A stretch of 64,000 bases of DNA from positions 19,118 through 83,117 of IMG/VR virus record IMGVR_UViG_3300042541_001363. One strand, given 5' to 3'. Source of the stretch: a virus (taxonomy: Duplodnaviria; Caudoviricetes). Numbering within the stretch: the stretch's first letter is position 1; every line of letters begins with the position of its first letter. Both the position numbers and the translations under genes were made by a program. Under the pieces are notes generated by a model that worked only from the letters and a program-made list of their open reading frames with translations, ran no database searches and was not told the DNA's origin. Shown one piece after another: positions 18,024-26,984 of this stretch.

Positions 18024-19166
18024 TTAGTATACCCAGAATCCCATAGGTCGAAAACTAAGACTTTTATTTAAGAATTCAGATTCATTTGCACCGCGTTCTA
18101 GCTGTTTTGTTGAAGATAACCTATCTAACCTAGCATCTAGTCTTTCCAATGCCGCTTTTTTCTCTTCATTACCTTCAGAAATAAGGGTTTCGTAATCCAT
18201 AGTTCTTTCAGCATCTGGCGGACCAACAACACCACCAAACTTACCTCTTGTTCTACCTAGTGTTTTCTTAGCTTCAGCAATGAATAATTGACGAATAAGA
18301 GTTTTTGTAGGTTCATTGAAATCAGCATAATCTAATTTAGACAAAGGAACTTGATTAGGCATTTTAATAATATCTGGATTATCAGCTTTACAAGCATCTG
18401 CATCACCATGTGTTGTGTCATAATAGAAATACCATACTTGACATCCAGTCATATTGATAGAACTACCGACACCACCCATACCTTGGCCAAATGATAATTT
18501 GGAACCTGGTGTGCTTAATAAATGTAATAATTTTGTTCCGTTAGGTCCAGCAGTTACCTTATAAACCAATTCACTTCTAACAATACGATTCTTAAGATTC
18601 ATATCAGCAGCTGTCAATAAGATATCAAATGCTGGTGCAATATAATACCCAGAGCGACCATTACCAGGTCCACCAGTACCAGTACCGCCTCCAGTTTGAG
18701 CAAATCCACCACCGAATCCATAATCAATACCACCATAATTAGCCAACAACGCTTGACTAGTAGCTGGAGGTGTTATCCATAATACTTCATTTATCTCACG
18801 GCCAGCTGGAATTTGATAAACTTGTCTACCAGCTTCTAACTCTACGTAATCTTTTTTAAGTTCCCATGGACCATTGGTTTGTAAACCAACTTGTTTTGAA
18901 TATGCATAGGTATATTGAGTCATAAAGTCAAAACTTCTTACACTCAAAGCAAATGCCATATCTAATGTATCGATACTTTGTCCTAACAAAGATTGCCACT
19001 GATGCTCGATTAAAAACTCCTGAACATGCATGGCATAATCCTCGATACATATCTCTAACAGAGTACATAACATTTCGTCCAACACTTCAATTTGTCTTAT
19101 TGGTGCCCCAACAGAATGTCTAAATTGCTTAAACAACTTTTCCTTTTCTTGATTACTAACTCCCAT
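18024..19166 (-). CDS. neck/head-completion protein (T4 gp13-like)
   Basis: FRHSVGAPIRQIEVLDEMLCTLLEICIEDY and EAKKTLGRTRGKFGG..(P)..LDG-type ...ISEGNEEK. Likely start is ATG 19166 (MGVSNQ), after a TATTTATA motif. Confidence 0.75.
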   Translation of the reverse strand: MGVSNQEKEKLFKQFRHSVGAPIRQIEVLDEMLCTLLEICIEDYAMHVQEFLIEHQWQSLLGQSIDTLDMAFALSVRSFDFMTQYTYAYSKQVGLQTNGPWELKKDYVELEAGRQVYQIPAGREINEVLWITPPATSQALLANYGGIDYGFGGGFAQTGGGTGTGGPGNGRSGYYIAPAFDILLTAADMNLKNRIVRSELVYKVTAGPNGTKLLHLLSTPGSKLSFGQGMGGVGSSINMTGCQVWYFYYDTTHGDADACKADNPDIIKMPNQVPLSKLDYADFNEPTKTLIRQLFIAEAKKTLGRTRGKFGGVVGPPDAERTMDYETLISEGNEEKKAALERLDARLDRLSSTKQLERGANESEFLNKSLSFRPMGFWVY

Positions 19167-19187
19167 AATTAATTTTATATATAAATA

Positions 19188-19219
19188 TTTGGAAATGTTG
19201 ATTAATAGTAGTATATTTG
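19188..19219 (+). promoter_or_regulatory. Bacteroidota-type promoter
   Basis: TTTG (19188-91) - 20 nt - TATATTTG (19212-19). Confidence 0.65.
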
Positions 19220-19242
19220 ATAAATTATAATAAAATTTTAAA

Positions 19243-20895
19243 ATGGCAAAAAAAACAACAGCAGAATTCATAACTCAATGTTCATTGAAACATGATAACA
19301 AATATGATTATTCATTGGTTGAATATGATGGTGTTGGTAATAAAGTTAAGATTATATGTCCAGAACATGGTGTTTTTGAAAAGATAGCTAGAGACCATAG
19401 CAATGGTCAAGGTTGTCCTTCATGTTCTAAGATAGAAAAATATTCATCATATAAATTACCTAAAGAAGATGTGATTAATTCGTTTATAGCTAAGCATGGT
19501 AATAAGTACGATTATTCGTTGGTTGAGTATGTTAATTTACAAACCAATATTAAAATAATATGTCCAATTCATGGTGAGTTTGAACAAAGACCATGTGTTC
19601 ATTTAAGGGGTGAAGGTTGTAAAAAATGTTATTTTAAATATAAAGTAGATAATTTAAATTTGGGTGATGTATTCATTTCTAACGCAAATATTAAATTTGA
19701 CGATTATTATGATTATTCACTAGTTAACTACCAAAAACATAATATTGTTGTTGATATTATTTGTCCTAAACATGGTGTTTTTAGTCAAAGACCAGATGTT
19801 CACCTAAGAGGTGTTGGTTGTATTAAATGTTATAAAGAAAATAAATTAATTAATGATAAATTAAAATTTATTAAAGACTCAAAAAAAACACATAAAGATA
19901 ATTATGATTATTCGCTAGTTGATTATGTTTCTGCAACAGAAAAAGTTAAAATTATTTGTACAGAACATGGCGAATTTGAACAGACACCCAATAATCATTT
20001 AAGTAAAAAAAATAAATGCCCTAAATGTGCTTTAAAATATAATTTAAGTCAAGATTCTGTTAATAATTATTTAAAATCATTAAATATAGATACAGAATTA
20101 AATAATAGATTAATATTAAATGGTAAAGAATTAGATATATACATACCCTCACGTAACCTAGCAATAGAATATAATGGTTTATATTGGCATTCTGAAGAAT
20201 ATATATCTTCAAACTATCATCTAAATAAAACAATTGAATGTGAAAAACAAGGTATTCAATTAATTCATGTATTTGAAGATGAATGGTTGTATAAACAAGA
20301 TATAGTTAAGTCTAGACTATCAAATATACTAGGATTGACACCCAGCAAGATATATGCTAGAAAAACTACAATAAGAGAAGTATCCCCTAAAGACTCTAAA
20401 CTATTTTTAGATACCAATCATATACAAGGCAATGTTAATTCAAGTATTAAACTAGGGTTATATTATAATGATGAGCTAGTGTCATTGATGACGTTTGGAA
20501 CACTTAGAAAATCAATGGGTGGGATTTCTAAAGAAGGTTCATATGAGTTATTTAGATTCTGTAATAAGTTAAATACAACAATTATTGGAGGTGCTGATAA
20601 GTTACTTAAGCATTTTATAAAGACATGTAAACCCATAGAAATCATTAGCTATGCTGACCGAAGATGGAGTCAAGGTGGGTTGTATGAGAAATTAGGGTTT
20701 ACACATATACATGATTCTAAACCAAACTATTGGTATATAATAGGTACCAACAGAGAGTATAGGTTTAAATATAGAAAAGATGTTCTAGTTAAAGAAGGAT
20801 TTGACCCATCTAAAACAGAACATCAGATTATGTTATACAGAGGTTTATATAGAATATACGACTGTGGTAATAAGAAATATGTATTAAGTATTTAA
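19243..20895 (+). CDS. Hef-like putative homing endonuclease copy 1: Zn-ribbon repeats + Vsr/EDxHD-like nuclease + Mom-like GNAT domain
   Basis: Four YDYSLV.Y...KIICP.HG.F.Q...H..G.GC..C repeats; ELDIYIP...AIEYNGLYWHS...HVFEDEW; C-terminal ELFRFC...GGADKLL...IISYADRRWSQG.LY..LGF. Confidence 0.75.
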   Translation: MAKKTTAEFITQCSLKHDNKYDYSLVEYDGVGNKVKIICPEHGVFEKIARDHSNGQGCPSCSKIEKYSSYKLPKEDVINSFIAKHGNKYDYSLVEYVNLQTNIKIICPIHGEFEQRPCVHLRGEGCKKCYFKYKVDNLNLGDVFISNANIKFDDYYDYSLVNYQKHNIVVDIICPKHGVFSQRPDVHLRGVGCIKCYKENKLINDKLKFIKDSKKTHKDNYDYSLVDYVSATEKVKIICTEHGEFEQTPNNHLSKKNKCPKCALKYNLSQDSVNNYLKSLNIDTELNNRLILNGKELDIYIPSRNLAIEYNGLYWHSEEYISSNYHLNKTIECEKQGIQLIHVFEDEWLYKQDIVKSRLSNILGLTPSKIYARKTTIREVSPKDSKLFLDTNHIQGNVNSSIKLGLYYNDELVSLMTFGTLRKSMGGISKEGSYELFRFCNKLNTTIIGGADKLLKHFIKTCKPIEIISYADRRWSQGGLYEKLGFTHIHDSKPNYWYIIGTNREYRFKYRKDVLVKEGFDPSKTEHQIMLYRGLYRIYDCGNKKYVLSI

Positions 20896-21146
20896 CCTAA
20901 AAATTGTTTGGTTAAATCTGCCGCCTCACGAATTGTTGCAAAAGAAACATTTGGTATAAGTAATTGTTTACCAACTTTAACAATTGGAACTTGGTCGGAT
21001 TTTGTTATTTCATGTATTTGATTATACTCAGCTTCATTTTCTTCTAAGTTAACATCAACATCAATAAATTCTATACCTTCTTCAGTAAGGATATTTTTTA
21101 ATTCCGTACAGTACGGACAATCTTCTATGGAGTAAATTTTAATCAT
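20892..21146 (-). CDS. glutaredoxin
   Basis: CPYC active site, then VPIV.VG. Confidence 0.9.
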   Translation of the reverse strand: MIKIYSIEDCPYCTELKNILTEEGIEFIDVDVNLEENEAEYNQIHEITKSDQVPIVKVGKQLLIPNVSFATIREAADLTKQFLG

Positions 21147-24099
21147 TTAATTCATTCATTATTTCATCCATCAAATTGATGGTTATTTCTTCTTCACTTA
21201 ATTTATTATCACCCATGATGGTATCAATAACATCTTTTTTGTTTTTAAGTGTTTCCCACATTCTTACAGATATTGTATCCATAAATAGTTGATAATAAAC
21301 GTTTACATCATTTTTCTGCCCAATTCGAAAGCTGCGGTCTTCTGCTTGTTCATTATTTCCAGTTACCCAATCAAATGAGTTGAAAATAACAACTGTTGCT
21401 TCAGTAAGTGTAATACCAACACCAGCACTTTTGATATTTCCAACAAACACTTTAACCTTTGGGTTATTTTGAAAATCATCTACTGATTTTTGTTTGGCTT
21501 TGGTTGTCATTGGTCCGTTGTGTTTAACAGATACTTTACCAAAGTGGTTAGCTAATACTTCTAGTTCTTCAGTAAACGATGTAAATATTATCACTTTTCT
21601 ACCCATTTCTATTGCATTTTCAACCATTTCTATTGTTGAAGGAATAGCTTGCATAGCGATGAATTTTCTTAACAATATAAGTTCAACTAAGTCTTTTTGT
21701 GATTCAATGGATTTTTTACCTTCAGCTTTTCTTTTAGCCATATATTCATCCCACAATAAATCATACATCTTCCAACCATTAAGGTCTAATTTATGATACA
21801 TCGGTGTAACTACTTTATCTGGCATATCCAATGTATCAGTTTTTAAACGTCTAAGAATTATGTTTTTTGTTTTTGCGGCTAGTTCTTCTAGATTACTAGC
21901 ACCATCAGTCAACCATATTTGTTTTCTTTGCCCATTTTTAAGCGTTCTCATGAACTGTCTACCATCACAATACCTAACAGCAAAGTGTTTCCAATTTTCT
22001 GCAATAGGAGACTTAATTATCTTTAATAAATTAAAGAAATCCATTGGTCTATTTGCAACTGGTGTACCAGTCAGTAACCATACCTTATTTATATTATAGT
22101 TTACAGATAAATCAACCATAATCTTACCGCGAATACTTTCATGGTTTTTTAGATAATGAGCTTCATCAATGATAGCCAAATCAAACTTTTGGTTAGCTAA
22201 ATCTCTAATCAATACTTTTTCTGGTTCACCTTCTTTTTTCTTCTTGCCATCAGTCAACGTATGGAAATTTTTAAGTATATCAAAGTTTATAATTGTAAAC
22301 TTGGCAGTATTGAATTTCTTACCATCAATAATCGCTGTATCATCACAAAAAACGTTGATTTCACGTTCCCAATTTATCTTGGTTGATGATGGGGCTACAA
22401 TAAGAATCCTTTCAGCACCACTTTCTAAAGCAGCAATTATTGATTGGGTAGTGTTATGAGTAACGATTGCGTGTTCAGTAACATATAATTTATCTGGTGC
22501 GTCAACAGCGATACAAACAGACTCACCTTGACCACATGGTTCAATATTTTTTATATATCTACCAATTTTATATTTTTTAGGTGGGTTGTATTCAACAGCT
22601 TTTCGTTTTAATCTAAACGGATTAAATTGTTCTGGCATTTTAATATTTAATCTGTAAGCTTTTCTACATTCAACAACAGTACCATCTGGTTTTTTATATT
22701 TACCAATTTTACTTTTCTTTCTTACAATACCACCCAATGAATGAACAATTTCAGCGACATCATCAGCTAATCTTTCAGATACAGTACAATATTCAGTACC
22801 ACTAAAATTATCGTTTTTTGATTTCATACAATGACCATCAGTATCCATAAGACCTTGTAATATTGCAAGTCTATTTTCTATACTTGAATATTTATAAATT
22901 TCTGGGATAAACTTAGTCTCTGAACGTGTATGTTCTAATTTTAAATCTTTTATATCAGAATTATGATTATTGATATAAGCTTTTCTTTTATTACCATCAG
23001 TTTTATGTTCAGTTAATAAAATACCTTCAAATAATTCATCAAAATCATCTTTATGTAATTGGATGGCAATTGCTGATGATTTGGTAAAATGACCATCACC
23101 TAAAGCTAAACCTAACAAATACGGTTCAATAGGTAAAGTATCATTATTTTCAAATTCAATTGGTTTAACAATTGGAATTTGCCATTTAGAATTGCCGTTT
23201 TTTTGTTTATAGTATGTTTTAAACTTGTAAGGTTTTTTTCCATTCCTACCAGTTCCTTTTAGTTCTAAAGTTAAATTTTCATCCAACATTTGTTCAGTAC
23301 TAAGTGTTCTATATTTGTTTTCCCTAGTTTTAGAATTTTCACCAGAATTACATGAAGATACAGTCCATAAATGTTCTTTCCCAACCAAAATACTATATCC
23401 ATCATTAAATGTTACTTTATATAAGTCTTTAACCCCTTGTGGAAAAACACCTATAATATTACATGCTTTACCATTTGAACCAATAATTTGGTCACCAACT
23501 TTTAAATCACCAATTTTACGTCTACCATTTGGTGTAAATACTTGATTACTAGTTACCTCTAGTTTTCCCATGCCCATGCCATCTGCTAATATACATCCGT
23601 TTCGTGAAAGAAGGAATTTAACACCTTCTTCTTGGTGTTGATAAAGCTTTTTACCTTGTTTAGATAATATGTCGTTATATCGAGTAAAATCAACATCTAC
23701 GTTTATTGGTTCGAAGTATGGGTCATCGGTTACTTGTGTTTTGGGTAACCAATACATTTTAGATGAAGGTTGGTTTTTATTTAGTTTTCCATATACATGG
23801 AATGTCTTTTCGGTTTCGGCTAATATAAATTCGATAAGAATTCTTTGAGGAACAAATGATAAAGCGTCTTGTTTTTGTAATTCTAACCCTAAGTATTCTG
23901 TGATATTTATAACACGATTAATCATTTGTGGTTCTCTATCGTGATTTCGAACTATATACTTTGATTGGTTGTCAGTAAGTAATATTTTTTTGTTTTTTTT
24001 GTATTCGTGTTTGAGTTTGAGTATATATGGGTTGATACCTTCATAGTTTTCTAACAATGAAAGTGCACTATGGCCTCGTAAGTCATCTAAGTTAATCAA
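21139..24099 (-). CDS. SNF2-family (HARP-like) helicase with intein
   Basis: LADGMGMGK|T (Walker A), IIDEAHYLK, LLTGTPVANRP, KSAGVGITLTEA, QAEDRSFRIGQ. Confidence 0.93.
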   Translation of the reverse strand: MINLDDLRGHSALSLLENYEGINPYILKLKHEYKKNKKILLTDNQSKYIVRNHDREPQMINRVINITEYLGLELQKQDALSFVPQRILIEFILAETEKTFHVYGKLNKNQPSSKMYWLPKTQVTDDPYFEPINVDVDFTRYNDILSKQGKKLYQHQEEGVKFLLSRNGCILADGMGMGKLEVTSNQVFTPNGRRKIGDLKVGDQIIGSNGKACNIIGVFPQGVKDLYKVTFNDGYSILVGKEHLWTVSSCNSGENSKTRENKYRTLSTEQMLDENLTLELKGTGRNGKKPYKFKTYYKQKNGNSKWQIPIVKPIEFENNDTLPIEPYLLGLALGDGHFTKSSAIAIQLHKDDFDELFEGILLTEHKTDGNKRKAYINNHNSDIKDLKLEHTRSETKFIPEIYKYSSIENRLAILQGLMDTDGHCMKSKNDNFSGTEYCTVSERLADDVAEIVHSLGGIVRKKSKIGKYKKPDGTVVECRKAYRLNIKMPEQFNPFRLKRKAVEYNPPKKYKIGRYIKNIEPCGQGESVCIAVDAPDKLYVTEHAIVTHNTTQSIIAALESGAERILIVAPSSTKINWEREINVFCDDTAIIDGKKFNTAKFTIINFDILKNFHTLTDGKKKKEGEPEKVLIRDLANQKFDLAIIDEAHYLKNHESIRGKIMVDLSVNYNINKVWLLTGTPVANRPMDFFNLLKIIKSPIAENWKHFAVRYCDGRQFMRTLKNGQRKQIWLTDGASNLEELAAKTKNIILRRLKTDTLDMPDKVVTPMYHKLDLNGWKMYDLLWDEYMAKRKAEGKKSIESQKDLVELILLRKFIAMQAIPSTIEMVENAIEMGRKVIIFTSFTEELEVLANHFGKVSVKHNGPMTTKAKQKSVDDFQNNPKVKVFVGNIKSAGVGITLTEATVVIFNSFDWVTGNNEQAEDRSFRIGQKNDVNVYYQLFMDTISVRMWETLKNKKDVIDTIMGDNKLSEEEITINLMDEIMNELND
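22453..23562 (-). mobile_element. class-3-type intein with LAGLIDADG endonuclease (370 aa) in the SNF2 Walker A
   Basis: Starts LEVTSNQVFTPNG; block B EHLWTV; LLGLALGDG and LQGLMDTDG; block F SVCIAV; ends VTHN followed by T(+1). Confidence 0.9.
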
Positions 24100-24195
24100 A
24101 ATGTTTTAATTTTTATTAAATATACTAATTATTTTAAATAAAATCAATAGTTTATTGGTTATTAATAAATTTATAAATATTTATCTATAAAAGCC

Positions 24196-24255
24196 ATGAA
24201 AAATAATAAAATTATACCAATAACTCGTATCAACAAAATAACACCAATATCTTAA
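24196..24255 (+). pseudogene. orphaned 5' stub of the downstream neck gene (MKNNKIIPITRINKITPIS*)
   Basis: 22-nt perfect direct repeat taccaataactcgtatcaacaa at 24215-24236 and 24953-24974, encoding PITRINK in both places. Confidence 0.75.
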
Positions 24256-24296
24256 ATAAACAGAAAACTTGTTATATTTATAATAAAATAATTAAT

Positions 24297-24944
24297 ATGG
24301 TAATATATAAAACAACAAATTTGGTAAATGGTAAAATCTACATTGGTCAAGATTCTAAAAATAATCCTAATTATTTTGGTTCTGGTGATTTAATTAAAAT
24401 AGCAATAAATAAATATGGTTTAATAAACTTTAAAAAAGAAATTTTGTGTTTATGTGAAACACAAACAGAATTAAATGAAATGGAACAAAAATTTATTTTA
24501 GAATATAAATCTACCGATAAATCAATCGGTTATAATATTTGTGTCGGTGGAACCAATGGAACAATGTTAAACCGTAAACATTCTGAAGAAACAAAACAAC
24601 AAATGAGTGAGGTTAGAATTGGTATAATATTCACTGATGAACATAAAAAAAACCTTAGTAAAGCACATAAAGGTAAAAGTATTAGTGATGAAACTAAAGA
24701 AAAAATGAGTAAATCTCAAAAACTTGTTGTAAGAAAACCTATGTCTGATGAAACTAAAGAAAAAATTAGAAATAGTAAAAAAGGTGTTAAATTAAGTGAA
24801 GAAACGAAGAAAAAAATGAGTGAATCACACATGGGTGAAAAAAATCATTTTTATGGTAAAACACATTCTAAAGAAACAATAATAAAAATTTCGGAAGCTA
24901 AAAAAGGTGTTCCGTCAAAAAAGAAAGGAGTTAAATATGTCTAA
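24297..24944 (+). CDS. GIY-YIG homing endonuclease (Seg-like) with NUMOD3 repeats
   Basis: VIYKTTNLVNGKIYIGQ, NYFGSG, and repeated HSEETK.KMS motifs. Confidence 0.9.
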   Translation: MVIYKTTNLVNGKIYIGQDSKNNPNYFGSGDLIKIAINKYGLINFKKEILCLCETQTELNEMEQKFILEYKSTDKSIGYNICVGGTNGTMLNRKHSEETKQQMSEVRIGIIFTDEHKKNLSKAHKGKSISDETKEKMSKSQKLVVRKPMSDETKEKIRNSKKGVKLSEETKKKMSESHMGEKNHFYGKTHSKETIIKISEAKKGVPSKKKGVKYV

Positions 24945-25455
24945 ATCTATTGTACCAATAACTCGTATCAACAAGTTCTTTTCAGAAAATGATTACAATT
25001 TAGAAATTGAAATGGGTCGCGAAGCCATTGAAGGTGATGGTAATTTTACTGTTATTCTCTATACTGTTGATAGAGAGATGAGTGAGAGTGATATGTTATA
25101 TGGTGAAGCATCTAAAGATGGGATTAGATTTTTCCCACCTATTGAATTGAAGGTTGTTCCTTTGCTTGAAGAGGCTGAAAACAAAACATATAATAACAAT
25201 GGTGGTTTGAGGTATATTCAAGATGGCCATTTAACCTTTGGTATATATGATGCTCAATTAAAAGAACTTAATGCTAGTTTATCCTATGGTGATTATATTG
25301 GTTATCCAATAAATGAAACTGAGATAAGATATTTTAGTGTAGTAAATGATGGGGTTAAGAATTTTGATAATAAACACACAATAATGGGATACAAAGCTGC
25401 GTTTAGAACAGTTAAATGTGCTCCAGTGGATAGTTCAGAATTCAGAGGCTTGTAA
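24937..25455 (+). CDS. neck/head-closure protein (T4 gp14-like)
   Basis: D.LYGEA....RF.PP.E and GDYIGY...E.RYF.V. Structural gene context. Start MSKSIVP at 24937 overlaps the endonuclease stop, preceded by aaggag. Confidence 0.55.
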   Translation: MSKSIVPITRINKFFSENDYNLEIEMGREAIEGDGNFTVILYTVDREMSESDMLYGEASKDGIRFFPPIELKVVPLLEEAENKTYNNNGGLRYIQDGHLTFGIYDAQLKELNASLSYGDYIGYPINETEIRYFSVVNDGVKNFDNKHTIMGYKAAFRTVKCAPVDSSEFRGL

Positions 25456-25485
25456 TAAAATTAAAAAAATTAAATAATATAAAAC

Positions 25486-26547
25486 ATGGGGATGCCTAAA
25501 GGTTGGAGAAGCGACATAAACATCAATAGACAAAGAGTCGGACCAGAAAAAAGACAGAATATTTTAGATGGTATTTCTGATAAGGGTACCTTTTTACCTA
25601 AAGGGGTGTTGGAAGAGGATATGGACCAATCTGTTGTTGAATTTGTTGGGTCTGATAATGGTTTTGGTTTTAGTATCAATGGTGAGAAGGTTCCAGTTAT
25701 ATTTTTAACAATTCAAAGGTGGACTGAGTTTAGTAAGACATGGCAATTCTCTGATAAATATAAAAACATTGAGCTACCATTTATTACAATTATAAGAAAA
25801 CCAGATATTCAACAAGGTCAAAACCAAGCTGGATTATGGAACATACCAGGTAATCGAACATATACATACATGAAGGTTCCGACATGGGATGGTTTGAGGG
25901 AGGGTATTGATTTATATAAAATACCTCAACCAACACCAGTTGATATGACTTATGAGATAAGATTATTCACAAACAGAATGAAAGATTTAAATAAATTCAA
26001 TAGAATTATTCAACGAGCATTTCAATCAAGACAATGTTATATCAACGTTAATGGTCACCCAATGCCTTTACATTTGGAGGCTATAGGTGATGAGAGTAAT
26101 GTTGATGATTTTGAAAATAGAAGGTTTTATGTTCAATTATTTGAGGTGAAATTATTGGGTTATATATTGGATGAAGAAGATTTTGAAGTTGTACCTACAA
26201 TTAATAGATTGATGGTTACTACTGAAGTTGATGAGGGTGTTGTTAATGTCGGTGAAATAATACTCACACCACATGTAAAGGTAAACGATGTTAATTTCAC
26301 TTTTAATTTTAAACCTAAAAGTGAATCTCAATTCACATTTACAAATTTATATAGAGCGATATTTACCCAATTAAATAACATTAATAATATTAGTAGAATA
26401 GTTATTTTGGTAAATAATATAGGAGTTTTTGATGGTTTGGTTATGACATCACCTTTAACATTTAATTCAAATGATGTTGTAACGATTAAAATAACAAAAA
26501 ACTTTTACGCTGAAGGGGTTTTTACTTTAATAGGAAATACAATTTAA
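25486..26547 (+). CDS. tail terminator/completion protein (T4 gp15-like)
   Basis: IELPFITIIR and IPQPTPVDMTYEIRLFT..MKDLN resemble gp15 motifs; gene position fits. Confidence 0.6.
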   Translation: MGMPKGWRSDININRQRVGPEKRQNILDGISDKGTFLPKGVLEEDMDQSVVEFVGSDNGFGFSINGEKVPVIFLTIQRWTEFSKTWQFSDKYKNIELPFITIIRKPDIQQGQNQAGLWNIPGNRTYTYMKVPTWDGLREGIDLYKIPQPTPVDMTYEIRLFTNRMKDLNKFNRIIQRAFQSRQCYINVNGHPMPLHLEAIGDESNVDDFENRRFYVQLFEVKLLGYILDEEDFEVVPTINRLMVTTEVDEGVVNVGEIILTPHVKVNDVNFTFNFKPKSESQFTFTNLYRAIFTQLNNINNISRIVILVNNIGVFDGLVMTSPLTFNSNDVVTIKITKNFYAEGVFTLIGNTI

Positions 26548-26548
26548 T

Positions 26549-26947
26549 ATGAGCTGTTTAAATAATTCTTCAAGTATAAATCAAATGTTCGTTATTGAAC
26601 CAATGGCTGTAACTGGGGATACGGTAATTATTTCTGCATGTACTGCTGTTTATACTGACAAAATAATATCTTGTAGTGGTGATGCTGAAATTGAATTACT
26701 TTTAGGTCAGACAGTTTTCAATACTAGTATAATTCCTAGATATGATGCTACTATTGATTTGGGTATTCCTTTACAAAGATTTAGGGATATAAACACTGTA
26801 AGTGGTACATCAACTGTTTGGACATCAACAATAAGCGTAACAACACCTTTGTTAGATTTAGGTGTTGATTCTTTAGGTAACATAAGACAAATAACCGCTA
26901 ATAACTCAATAATTCAAGACGATTTTTTGAACGGGGGTAGTTATTGA
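26549..26947 (+). CDS. small structural/fibre-associated protein
   Basis: P.YDATIDLG.P.QRFRDI motif typical of fibre segments; ends LNGGSY, like the LDGGQY end of the next gene. Confidence 0.5.
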   Translation: MSCLNNSSSINQMFVIEPMAVTGDTVIISACTAVYTDKIISCSGDAEIELLLGQTVFNTSIIPRYDATIDLGIPLQRFRDINTVSGTSTVWTSTISVTTPLLDLGVDSLGNIRQITANNSIIQDDFLNGGSY

Positions 26948-26984
26948 TAATAATATATATATTTATTTAAAAAAAGAAAAGAAA

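Noticed and set aside
13161-24099. Eukaryotic giant virus origin (PolB, SNF2, glutaredoxin, inteins)
   Set aside because: Contractile sheath, tube, baseplate, intrinsic terminators and bacterial promoters indicate a tailed phage.
24236-24953. Group I intron carrying the GIY-YIG ORF
   Set aside because: Only about 60 AT-rich nt flank the ORF, too little for a ribozyme core. Introns do not duplicate the target, and the downstream gene has its own start.
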